From the human T2T-CHM13v2.0 reference genome, Homo sapiens: a DNA stretch of 64,000 nucleotides. This document shows positions 29,531-42,500 of the stretch, piece after piece; position 1 is the stretch's first letter, and each line of letters begins with the position of its first letter. The DNA lies in the NCBI RefSeq assembly GCF_009914755.1, contig NC_060936.1. The stretch is one strand, 5' to 3'. Below the pieces are notes generated by a model. It was not told where the DNA came from. It did no database searches and saw only the letters and a program-made list of their open reading frames with translations. The position numbers were made by a program, and so were the translations under genes.

Positions 29531-32187
29531 ACTTTTACCTTGTTTTATACATGACCTTTAAGTAAGCTTTGAATTAGACAAAAATTGCTCACCTTTTTTT
29601 TACAGGACACACCTTTTTTTTTGAAAGAATGTTTTCCTACAAATATATTTTTATTGGAAAATACCCAAATAATAACATATCTATTATTTAACTTAATATA
29701 ACTTTAGATTCTAAATTTTAACAAGTTTGTGTACAAATATTTATCCTATTACATTTACCTAATTATTTTATTTAAATGTTTACCTAGAGTGTTTATGAAA
29801 ACTGTGATAGTTATCATTTAAGTTATGGATCTGTCATTGCAAAATTATAACTGAGACAGCGAAGAAAATTTGACTTAGCTGACTCCATCTTGCTTTTAAC
29901 CTTCAAGCTATCCTTGTCCATTCCTTGGTGTAGACTGAACTAACTTTGGGAGGAATTTATAGTTTAGCTTTAAAAACAGGCAATAACAAACTTTACTGCC
30001 TGTGGACTAGACCGCCTAAAGCCACAAGATTAGAAGTTATGATAATCTTATTAAATTCAAGATGTAGCTATTTTTAATAAACCAATATTAATGTCTTATT
30101 TAATTAAAGATTACACAAGCAAAGATCATTCTGTTTTGGCCTGGATTTATAGTTTTGTAACCTCTATGCCAAATTTTGACACCTTGGAGTACTTGTCAGG
30201 GATAAGTATAAAATTGCTTGACTAATAAATGCTAACAAAAATGTATACTGTCAAATTCTTATGACATTTCTAATATTATTTTACCAATAATTTTAAAGCC
30301 AGCTTATTTATTAAAGATTTTACTTAAGTAATATGAAGTTGAAAAAGCATTTTACTAGTCTTTTGTTTAGTATCTGATTTTAATTCCTTTTTTGTTAAGC
30401 CAATTAATTACAGCTCTTTTATATATTTTTAGTAGTGAAACATTGTATACACAACACATAAATATATAGAAGTATTAGGCATGCCAGTAGAAGTACATCT
30501 TATAGATTCATAAAGACTTCTTTCTTTTCCTTTTTTAAAAAAACCTTACCCTAGGCCATTGTCAGCTAAATAGCCTTAAATTTGCATATTAAAGGAAACA
30601 ACTCCTTTAATCAGATAACAAAATTTACGTCATAAGGTATGAAGAGAAAGTCTGGTGAGCTAGAGGAAAATTAAAACGGATTTAATGGCTGATTAAACAT
30701 AAAATTATAGAAGTCTGTTATAAAGGCCCTCAAATGTATACACATACACATATGCATATACACATACACACACGAAGATTCTATAGCTTTTACCTCAGTA
30801 CTCTAGCCTTTTGATACATACACATTAGCCAGCTTGCAAAAATAAAAAAATTAAAAAAAGAATACCTGTTAGATCCAAACAGCTGTTTTTATCTCAGTAG
30901 AAAAGTAACAGCAGATTTAAAGCAGGCAGAAATGAAAATGGAGATAAAGGGAACCTAGGAACTCTATAGTTTGCAGGTTGACCTCAGGGCACTTTTTCAT
31001 TAATGTAAATGTACACAAAGACCATATTACTTTCATTTTATTCTGGCAAGTAGAAGTGCCATAAAACCTACATAGTGCTTGAAAGCAGGTCATTCTCCTT
31101 GTTTTCTCCTAATTCTTAGATTATCTGTTTCCTGCTTTTCTTTTTTTTTTTTTTTGGTCTTAAAAGGAGGAAATGAGCTGTGGCCTGGGGTTTTTGTGTG
31201 GTGGATTGATGCATGCTGCTTGTAGGCAGGACTCCATAGTGTGTCACCACTGAATTGTTTCCACCCCTTATGTGTCTCAGTTTCTCTCTCTTTTGAGACC
31301 TCTGAGAGGGCTCAAAATGCCGGGTGATCAGCCCTTATATGTGTTTCCTGGATGAGCCATTTTTAAAATTAATTTTTGTTGGGGATTTTCCTGCAGGGCC
31401 ATTGCATGTCATAGGGGTCAACCCCTCAGACACTCTCACGAAGGCCCCCGTCACCCATGGGTGCCTTTCGGCTGGGAGGCCTTTTCTTTTCAGAACTGAG
31501 AAAACTCTGTCTCTTATTTACCTATGAAAACAACAGTTCAGTTCCTCATGCAAATGCACACAGACGAACCGAATTGAGATTATTTTGGGAGAAAAAGCAA
31601 TAAAGAAAACACTTTAGAATGCGTCTCCGAACTAGAATTAGGATCCTTAAGCAAATAACTTCCTAGGCAAGAAAGGAAATAAAGACAGCCAAGACCAGGT
31701 CCTGTAAACTGTATTCAGCTGCTTGTAAATTTGTAGCTGTCATTCGACATTATACACACCAACATCAAATCCTCTCACAGTGCAAGGTTATCTCTGGTAT
31801 TCCCAAATCCATAGAGGTCAGGTCATGCAATACAGGAAAACAGAGCTTTAGACCAAAGAAGAATCTGCCCATGGCTCTTAAAACTCCCCAAAGAAAACAG
31901 AACACCCAAAAGGCCAAAAGGGGTGAGTGGCACCTTTGTTTTGAATTCTTTAAAGGAGTTCAAGTCATTAGAAGCCTTCTCTAGATTTTTTTGGTATTGC
32001 AGGAAGCAAACATAAAAACCAAGTGCACGTTTTTTTTGTTGTTGTTTTTTGTTTTTTTAATTCTCTTTTGCAGCTGTAAGGAATTTGGGCCAGATTAGAG
32101 AAACCTTGTTACCTATAATTTTGAATTCTTACTCTTATTTGACCAAGTCAGGTAGAGTTGATCAAATCTGATGGGAGAAAGACCAGA

Positions 32188-32189
32188 AC

Positions 32190-32228
<39 letters not shown>

Positions 32229-32229
32229 A
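32188..32229. repeat. (AAC)n trinucleotide repeat in the MER4-int leader
   Basis: About 13 AAC units. Confidence 0.95.
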
Positions 32230-32677
32230 ACTCCAACAATATGATCAATGAGTGCTCTAATGGTAAGGAGAAATTAAGACCAGCTGGTTGTTAAACTTTA
32301 GTCAAGACAAAAACTCCCATGCGGCTGCTTACCTAGGGATGGGTCTCAGGCTGAAGAATGCTTTCTACCATTCTAGAAGTAGGAAAAAACTCATCTTCCC
32401 TGCTGGGAGCGAGCTCAAACTCCATAAAGGAGTTACCTGCCTTCCATCGTCGTCGTCATCGTCATGGAAACAGGAAATCTTGTCTTCCTGGTTGAAAGCC
32501 AGTAAAACTCCAAAAAATGGAGTTGTACAGCAAAATAAACTTTAGATCTCGACCAAATTTGGGGAGATAAGGGATTCTCTGGAGGTGCTGCTCCCAGACC
32601 TCAGCAAATTGTCCTGTTGTTTTGAGCCATAGAGTTAGCTGATGTTGGCACCAAGCACTGAAAGGAGATTTGTCAGA

Positions 32678-33146
32678 TGTAAACCCTGAAAATCTGAGAC
32701 AGGTCTCAGTTAATTTAGATAGTTTAGTTTGCCAAGGTTGAGGACACACACCTATGACACAGCCCCTGGAAGTCCTGACAACATGTGTCTAAGGTGGTCA
32801 GAGCAGAGCTTGGTTTTATACATTTTAGGGAGGATGAGACATCAATTGACACATGTAAAATGAACACTGATTTGGTCCAGAAAGGCGGGACAATTTGAAG
32901 CAAAAAAGCTGGACAACTCAAAGTGGGGACAGGCTTCAGGGCACAGGTAGCTGAGAGACAAACAGTCACATTCTTTTGAGTTTCTGATTAGCCTCTCCAA
33001 AGAAGGCAATCAGATATGCATTTATCTCAGTGAGCAGAGGGATGACTTTGAATAGAATGGGAGGCAGGTATGCCCTAAACAGTTCTCAGCTTGAATTTTC
33101 CCTTTAGCTTAGTGATTTTGGGGGCCCAAGATATTTTCCTTTCACA
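32678..33146 (-). mobile_element. MER4A1-type 5' LTR
   Basis: Paralogous to 25519-26007. Confidence 0.88.
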
Positions 33147-34664
33147 GTGATAATGTTCCATCAGTCTGTCCTTTCCTATTCTAAAACTTGGTGGTCTGGT
33201 GAAGAAGTTTACCTGTGTCCTATCTACATCCATCGTTATATTATGCTCTTTGACTTTACCTTATTTCATCTGTTCAGACTAAACAGTCATAAGTATTTGC
33301 TCCTATAGAAGCAACTTTGTCTCCTATGCTACTTTAGTATTCTCCTTTGATCCGCTCCAGATTTGTTAAGTCATCTTTAAAGTTTCTTCACCCAGAACTT
33401 CTTTTGACTTCCTTTGAGACAATGTGGATACTAAAGAAACTAAGCTAGACAACCTGCCTGTTTCACAATTTCCTTCCTTTCTGAAAAATAACTGGTGTTT
33501 TATTGATTCTTTTGACCAAATAATACCCTATACTGATGTTTTGAAGGCCTAATTATGCTCCTGTCTTTGCTAGTTACAGTCTTTGTCTTATTAATAGCGT
33601 ATGGATTATTTTTCCCTCAATAGGTTATGTTGCTTTTTTCCCAGTTGAACCTTATTTATTATTTTGAGGCCCGGCTGCATTGCCCAATCTGCAAATACTG
33701 TTCTTGCTACCTCTTGGGCACCACCACACTCTCAAGTACAATATAAGACAGGAGGAACAGAACACACTGCTTCCATCAAAGTAAATCATGCTTTTTCATC
33801 TTCTTCCTACTTCATGCTCAGGAACATAAATCTCAGTAGAATCTCTAGAGGGCCTATCCCATAATGTAAGCTCTAGGGCTTAACCACTGATATGTACAAG
33901 GTTAGTAAATGAAGCCTATGGTTCTGCGACCAGACTGGGGATGTTATCTGGGTGGCTTTGACCCCAGTACATCAGACTCATGAGTCATAGATGACCCCTA
34001 TTCTTATGCTGAATGCGCCACTGTCCTCAAGGTAAAAACTATCTCCACTAGAGAGTAGGAGGGAGAATACCTATAGCCAATGTGCTTTCCTTCCTGTGAG
34101 GCTGTTTGTTATTGATGCCACTCAGATGTGTTTTCTATCTTTACCCAAACATTCTGACATCATATTCTTTGTAACTATTTCCTTCATTTCCTATTCAACA
34201 TATTTCTGTAAGGTCAGTAAAAAGATAAGATTCAGTTCTGTAATCTATATTATATCCTTAAATACAGTTTGTTTTTTTAAGTAAATGGAACATGAATTCA
34301 GTGACAAGTCAGAAAGAAGACATGCTCAAATCAATTGGCCCATGTTTAGCAAAAATAATTTGGCAGAGCACCTACATTGGTCATAAGGCCTTCATTAATT
34401 TAATAAATATTTATTTAGTCCTTAATATGTTCCAATCACTTTTATATTTGAACAGGCCAATGTGGTACCTCATTCTTTTGGAGGCTTACAAACTACCAGA
34501 AAAGAAAAACAGTAAACTAGTAAATCTAATTATATAGAAGAAGGAAGTGAGCTCTAAGAATTAAAGATATACAAAAACTGAATTTTGAGGGAAGCAATAA
34601 CAATAAGAAATGCATATTGCCAGGCACTTTATATATATTAACTTTTAATCTTCATAACAGCCTT

Positions 34665-34861
34665 ATATCAGTTTGCTGGGGTTGCCATAACAAAACACCA
34701 CAGATTAGGTAAACAACAGAAATTTATTTTATCACAGTCGTGGATGCTGAAAGTCAAAGAAAAAGATGCTGGCAGGTTAGTTATCTTCTGAGCCTCTCTC
34801 CTTGCCTTGCAGGTGGCTGCCTTCTCACTGTGTCCTCATGTGGTTTTTCCTCTGTGCATGC

Positions 34862-34862
<1 letters not shown>
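34665..34862 (-). mobile_element. MLT1A/B fragment
   Basis: gttgccataacaaaacaccacaga...aacaacagaaatttatt motif. Confidence 0.6.
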
Positions 34863-34863
<1 letters not shown>

Positions 34864-34916
<53 letters not shown>

Positions 34917-34917
34917 A
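34864..34917. repeat. Compound (CA)n(GA)n microsatellite
   Basis: Directly visible. Confidence 0.95.
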
Positions 34918-36581
34918 AGAGAAGAAGGGAGGGAGACAGAAGGGAACAATTAATTCCAAGAAATAAGATCTCTCATAGGCAATGAACTTTAATACACTAG
35001 TTTGTCCAGTAAAGAAACATGGGACAATAGATATCAGCTTCTCCCCAATTTTCCTATTAAACAAATCTCTCTTCTTTTGGGAAGTAAAAGGGTGGACAGA
35101 ATGATGGCAGCGTTTTCCCCAGAACATCCCCAAGGTAGGGTAAGTATTGAAGGAAGGTCACTAGTACTTCTTGAAAGGCGAGAAGATTTGGTGAGAGTAT
35201 CTATTTTATGACCCAACCCAAGAAAGAAATGTGAAGAGAGGAAGATAACAACTTTCTCCACATTTATCACTGAGGATTTCTAGATGTGCATTTATGTGTG
35301 CCAAAAAAAAAAAGAAACACTAAGGCTTTATAAATTTAGAAAGGCTAGTTATCACAACCAGTAAACTAGTAAAAAAAGTTAAAATATACTATATTATGCC
35401 CTAAAGGGGATATATCAGAATGGTCTGTGGGTCAGGAATGGAAGATACCTAGTCTGAAAAAATTATTCTAGTAATTCTGAAAGGGCCCTTCAATTCCCCT
35501 CTGCCCTCTTTCCCAACACACATTAATTAAGAATCATTGATCTCAAGCAAGAAGGGAAAAGTGTCAAAAATAAACCCTTGGGAAATATCAATATTTGGGA
35601 TTTAAGGAAATGAAGATAAAATTATGAAATAGACCAATAATTTTCTAGAAAATTAGGAGAATGCCAGAGCAAAGTAGATTCCTAAAAGCCAAAGGTGCAG
35701 ATGGTTTCAAGAAAGGAGGAGTAGTTAATATTAAATGTTGCTTAAAGGTCAATTATCATTAGTATTATTATGATTTCAAATGAAAATGTACCAGTTGTTT
35801 CACATCTGTTATCTCATTTGATCTCTCAACAATTGCATGAGGTGAAACTGAAGATTAGAGATGTTAAATAACTTGCTGGGATATAAATTCAGGCCTGTAG
35901 GATTCCAAAGACCACCCTATTTCCACACTGTTCTGTGAAGTCATTGGTGGTCTTGGTGGGAGTGGTTTTGGTAGATATTGGGCACAGAAGCCAGAAAGCT
36001 TTGAATTGACACAGTTAATAAAATTTAAGAGCGGATAGGCTATGAGGACACCCGAAGTTTAACTGACTTCGGTTTAAATTTTAAACTTTTAAACTTTAAA
36101 GTTTAAAAGTTTAAACTTTAAACTTCAGTTAAAGTTTAAAATGAGAGAGATGGAACCAAAGAAGGGAAATGAGTTCATCCTGTGTTTTGCTTTGTTTATA
36201 TGATGCAGTTTCATACAGTGATTTAGATCACATGCTCTTCATCCATACTGCATCTGCTGGAATCCCGGGCTGCCCATCAGCCATGTGTTATTTAATCTTT
36301 GAGTTACTAAATGATATTGAGTTATTTTAAAATTTAGTTTCCAAGAATATTTATTGTTTGTTTCTTTGTTGTATTTTGTTTGGAGACAGGGTCTTGCTTT
36401 GTCACACAGGTTGGAGTACAGTGACATGATCATAGCTCACCATAATAAATACTACATTCACACTGTCTTTTACTTTGCTACTGAGTTAGTATCCAGAGAC
36501 ACAATATTGTGTAGGATACTTAAGAGCTTTTATGTATATGATAACACTTTTTGTTGTTGTTCCTAGTCTTAGAAATAATTG

Positions 36582-37468
<887 letters not shown>

Positions 37469-38170
37469 TACTCAATATAGGTATAAGTCTCCTCTTTTTA
37501 TCTTTCCAAATAAATCTTTAATACTGGTAAACTCTAGGACCACTTATTTTGGATAATTTTTCAATTATATTTTATGTATGCTTTTCGAGCATTTACTACA
37601 GGAAAAATGTCATGCTAGATGCTAATGCCACATTTCATGTTTCATATTTAAAACTGGTTCAAAGTGCTTTTGGTTTTGGGTTCCTTGCTTCAGTTCCAGA
37701 GATATAAAAAGAAATATACAGATGTTATTTGAAAATATTTCTTTGACAACAAAGCAGTAAATCTTAAACTGTTGTTGAAGAACAATCAGGAATCAGCGAC
37801 AAATTTAGTTTTTTCCTTAGATGCTGCTGAATCATAAAAGCCTATTTTAAAATGTTGCAGTGCTCATACTTTACATTTCTTTTCTTCCAAAGATACTAAA
37901 ATAAGACATCAACACCCCAGCAATTTTCATACATCTGGAAGGGTCTCCTGGCAATGGGATGCTGATGCTGTAGGGAGAATAATGGTCAGCATTTGAGACA
38001 TACGCAGCTCATCAGTGGATGAGCTCAGGGTGGATTCCAGCCAGTAGAAACCAAAGGGTTCCCAACTCCCCAAGGACCAATGTAACTCCCAGTAAATGCT
38101 CTCCACAGAAAGTGTTATATTCTCAAAGTAAGTCTCAAGCATAAAATATGGTAGTTTCAAAAGAAATACT

Positions 38171-38480
38171 GGCCAGGCATGGTGGCTTGCACTTGCCCAG
38201 CACTTGAGGCTGAGGCAGAAGGATTGCTTGAGTCTAGGAGTTCAAGACCAGCCTTGGCCAAACAGCAAGACCCTATCTCTACAAAAAATAAGAAAACGAA
38301 TTAGTCAGGCATTTTAGCATGAGCCTGTAGTCCTAGCTACTTGGGAGGGTGAAATGGGAGGATTGCTTGAGCTCTGGAGTTTGAGGCTGCAGTGAGCTAT
38401 GATCATGTCACTGTACTTCAACCTGGGTGACAGAGCAAGACCCTGTCTTAAAACAAAATACAATAAAGAAACAAAAACGA
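38171..38480 (+). mobile_element. AluJ (source of local duplications)
   Basis: Dimer with a degenerate A-rich tail. Confidence 0.88.
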
Positions 38481-38814
38481 AATATTTTGGGAAATTAAAT
38501 TTTAAAATAACCAATATCATTTAGCAACTTTTTATTAGAATTATAGAAATTTCTAAAATAGAGGAGGTAACATCTTTATTACTATAAAAAATAAATATTC
38601 ATTGAGTGTTCATCTTGTTTCATATATATATTGCTCATCAAGTATTAGCATTTGTTACTGAAATTTTAGAGTGGACGAACTTAAAGAAAGGTTAAATAAA
38701 CTGCCTGATGTTAAAAACAAAAAAAAAAAAAGAGAGAGGGTTAGGTGTGGTAGCTCATGCCTATAATCCTAGCACTTTAGGAGGCTGAGGTAGGAAGATT
38801 GCCTCAGCAGGAGG

Positions 38815-39850
38815 CAATACTTAGAGGGGGAACAAACTGAGCTCAAAGTTAGTAGAAGAAACGAAATAATAAAGATCAGAGCAGAAATAAATAAAATAGA
38901 GACTAGAATAACAATAGAGAAAATTGACAGTAAAAGATGGGTTTCTGAAAAGACAAACAAAATTCACAAACTTTTAACTAGACTAAGAAAGAAAGAAAGA
39001 AGTCTCAAATACATAAAATCAGAAATTAGAGAAGACAGTACAAGAAATACCAGAGAAATACAAAGAATCATTAGAGACTACTATGAACAATTATATGGCA
39101 ACAAACTGGATAACCTAGAAGAAAGGACCAAATTCTAACAAATATATAATCTACCAATACCAAATCATGAAGAAATGGAAAATATGGGCAGATTTATAAT
39201 AAGTAAGGAGATTTAATTAGTAATCAAAAATCTCTCATCAAAGAAAAGCCCAGGACCTGATGGCTGTACTGGTGAATTCCCCCAAACATGTAAAGAATAA
39301 TCGTCAGTTTTTCTCAAACTTTTTCAAAATATTTAAGAGGAGGAAATACATCCAAACTCATTTTATGAGGCCAACATTATGCTGATACCAAAGCCAGACA
39401 AGTACCCTGTAAGAAAAGAAAATTACAGGCCAATATCCATGATGAACATACATGCAAAAATCCTCAATTTCTAGCAAACAGCACATTAAAAGGATCATAC
39501 ACCATGATCAAGTGGGATTAATTACTGGGATTAAAAGGTTATTCAACATACACAAATCAATAAATGTGATATATAACATTAACAGAATGAAGGATAAATA
39601 TCGTATGATGATCTCAATAGATGCAGAAAAGCACTTGAAAAAATTCAATATCATTTCATAATGAAAAATTTGAACAAATTAGGTATAGAAATAATGTTCC
39701 TCAATACAATGCCTTTATTGTACTACACTACAAACCTACAGCTAACATCCTACTCAATGATGAAATGATGTACAAACCTACAGCTAACATCCTACTCAAT
39801 GATGAAAAGTTGAGAGTTTTTCCTTTAAGATCAGAAACAAGACAAGGAAA
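38815..39850 (+). mobile_element. Degenerate LINE-1 ORF2 fragment (Z domain/RT region)
   Basis: aaataataaagatcagagcagaaataaa, aagaaaagcccaggacctgatgg, caccatgatcaagtggg, atctcaatagatgcagaaaa. Contains stops and frameshifts. Confidence 0.88.
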
Positions 39851-41164
39851 ATTATTTATGTTGTTTTAGGACAATCTTAGGGCCTCTTCTAGCTTGCAAG
39901 TAAAAACTTTTTTTTCACATGGCTTACTGATGTTTGGAGTAACAACATAAAATTTAAGCATCTTTAGTATACCTACATTAACTAAGATTCATAAGCTTTC
40001 TCTATGCCTCATGTAATTTATTAATCTTTTTCTTTAAATTATATTTATACTCTTTAAAATAAATTTAAAATGTCTTTTCCACTTAAAAGATACTATGTTA
40101 TACAAACTTGCACAACATGTAATAAACCCAAATATATCAATAACCCAGAATAATTATCAGAATTTTGTCACGTATGCTTCATCCATCTATTTTTTCCCTT
40201 TCTTTCCTTTCACTGAAGCATTTAAAGCAAATAATAGTCATGTTATTCCACCCCTACATATGAATTTCTAAAACTATACGTATTTCTGTACATAACCACA
40301 GTATGTTCTTTCCATTTGGACAAGATGAAGATGATTTTAGAAAAGATAGCTTCTAAAGCTGCTTAAACTCCACACATAGGGAGGAATATCCACTTAAATA
40401 ATTCTAAATGTTGTATTATAGTTTCAAGAATTCCATTAGTAGTTCTTTACATTGTTGTTCAGTTCTAACTGTATCAGCCCCTTAGAACTCTGTCTCTGAC
40501 ACTTATTATGAAGTACCCATTAAATCACTCAGCTGTGTTTTTTCTTTATATGCTCAAATCACAAGAAGAAAGTAGCATTTTTAGAGCTGTATATCATTTG
40601 TGAACAGCTTGCTATTTCTTCTGAATGACAAATGTGAGAAAAAAAAAGTTTTAAATAGCTGTGGCTCACCACAAGAAGTGTAGGGCATAAAGTTAATTGT
40701 GTAAAATATAGTATGCTTTTTTTTTTAAAAAAAGGGGAACAAACAAAAAAGAAACCCAATGAAGTACTACATTTTAATATTTTATCTTCCAAGATTTATA
40801 TTCTTCTCCCAGAAGTCTAGTTTTGGGCATTCTTACATTTTTTTTCAAATTTGTTTCCATCTTTTTTCTAATGTGTCATTTCCTTTAATTGTAAAAATAG
40901 ATGCCTGTGCTATGAAACAGGTTTAATGAGCAAAAAATTAAGGAAGAGATAAAAATCACCCACAAATGTCAGCACCCAGAAATAACTAATCTATGTCAAT
41001 GTGTTATATAGACATAAATAGTACTCTATTTTCATACTTTAACATCATATTATGCAGTGTTTTACACATATTATTCTAATTTATACTTGTATCATGATAT
41101 TGTCAAACCATTTGTATATTTTTTTGGATATTAGGGTTTTTCTTTATTTTTTGCTATCATACAC

Positions 41165-41760
41165 ATTGTTTTTAGACAGCTTTATTGAGACATAAGTCAC
41201 ATACTATACAATTCACTCATTCAAAGTGTACTTTTGTTTTTTATCATATGTATAAACGTGTGCAACCACCACCACAAGCAACTTATGAACATTTTCATCA
41301 TCCCCAAAAGAAACCCTGCACCCTTTAGTCACCATCCCCCTATCCACCCATCCTAGTTTCTCCCTGTCCCTCAATCCCAAGCAACCACTTTTCTATTTGG
41401 TCTTTTGTGACTGTCTTCTTTCATTTGGCACAATGTTTTCAAGAATTGTCCATGATGTAGCATGCGTCAAAATGTCATTCCTTTTTAAAGACTGATTATC
41501 ACTCTGTTGCCCAGGCTGAAGTTCAGTGGTGCTGATATGGTTTGACTGTGTTGCCAGCCAAAATCTCACTTTGAATTGTAGTCCCCACAATTTCCATAAT
41601 CCCCACGTGTCAAGCGAGAGAAGAGGTGGAGATAACTGAATCATGGGAGTGGTTTCCCCCATGCTGTTCTCGTGATAGTGAGTTCATTCTCACGGGATCT
41701 GATGGTTTTTTTTTCTTTTCTTTTCTTTTCTTTTTTCTTCTCTTCTCTTTTTTCTTTCTT

Positions 41761-41801
<41 letters not shown>

Positions 41802-42500
41802 AGACAGAGTTTTGCTCTTTAGCCCAGGCTGATGTGCGGTGGAGCGATCTCCGCTCACCCGCAATCTCCGCCTTCTGGGTTCAAGGATCCTCCTGCCTCA
41901 GCATCTCGAGTAGCTGGGACTACAGGCACCTGCCACCACGCGCCAGGCTAATTTTTGTATTTTTAGTAGAGACGGGGTTTCACCATGTTGGCCAGGCTGC
42001 TCTCAAACTCCTGACTTCGTAATCCATCCGCCTCGGCCTCACAAAGTGCTGGGATTACAGGCGAATAAACTGTACTGAGCCACAGCGCCCGGCCAGGATC
42101 TGATGATTTTATAAGGGGCTTCCCCCTGCGCTTCGCACTCACTCCGTCCTGCCGCCCTGTGAAGAAAGAGCCTGCTTCTCCTTTGCCTTCTGCCATGATT
42201 GTAAGTTTCCCGAAGCCTCCCCAGCAATGGAGAACTGTGAGTCAATCAAACCTCTTTCCTCTATAAATTACCCAGTCTTGGGTATTTCTTCAGAGCAGTG
42301 TGAGAATGGACTAATACAGGCGCCCATCATAGCTCACTTTAACCTCAAACTCCTGGGCTCTAGCTATCCTCCCATCTTGGCCTCCCAAAGGGCTGGGGTT
42401 ACAGGCAATCTGTGAACCACCATGCCCAGCCTTATTACTTTTTATGGCTGAATAATATTCCATTTTATAAATATGCAACATTTTGTTTATTCATTCTTCA
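41165..42500 (-). mobile_element. Old L1M 3' end hosting nested Alu/THE1/Alu
   Basis: cagctttattgagacataa...catactatacaattcactcattcaaagtgtac...tttttatggctgaataatattccatt. Confidence 0.7.
41533..42318 (+). mobile_element. THE1/MSTA MaLR LTR with AluS insertion (41706-42094)
   Basis: TGATATGGTTTG...GAGAATGGACTAATACA ends. 5-bp TSD ggtgc/ggcgc. Confidence 0.85.

Noticed and set aside
39452-39661. ORF with the RT-like motif IHHDQVGLI...ISIDAEK
   Set aside because: Fragment of a dead L1 ORF2 with flanking stops and frameshifts.
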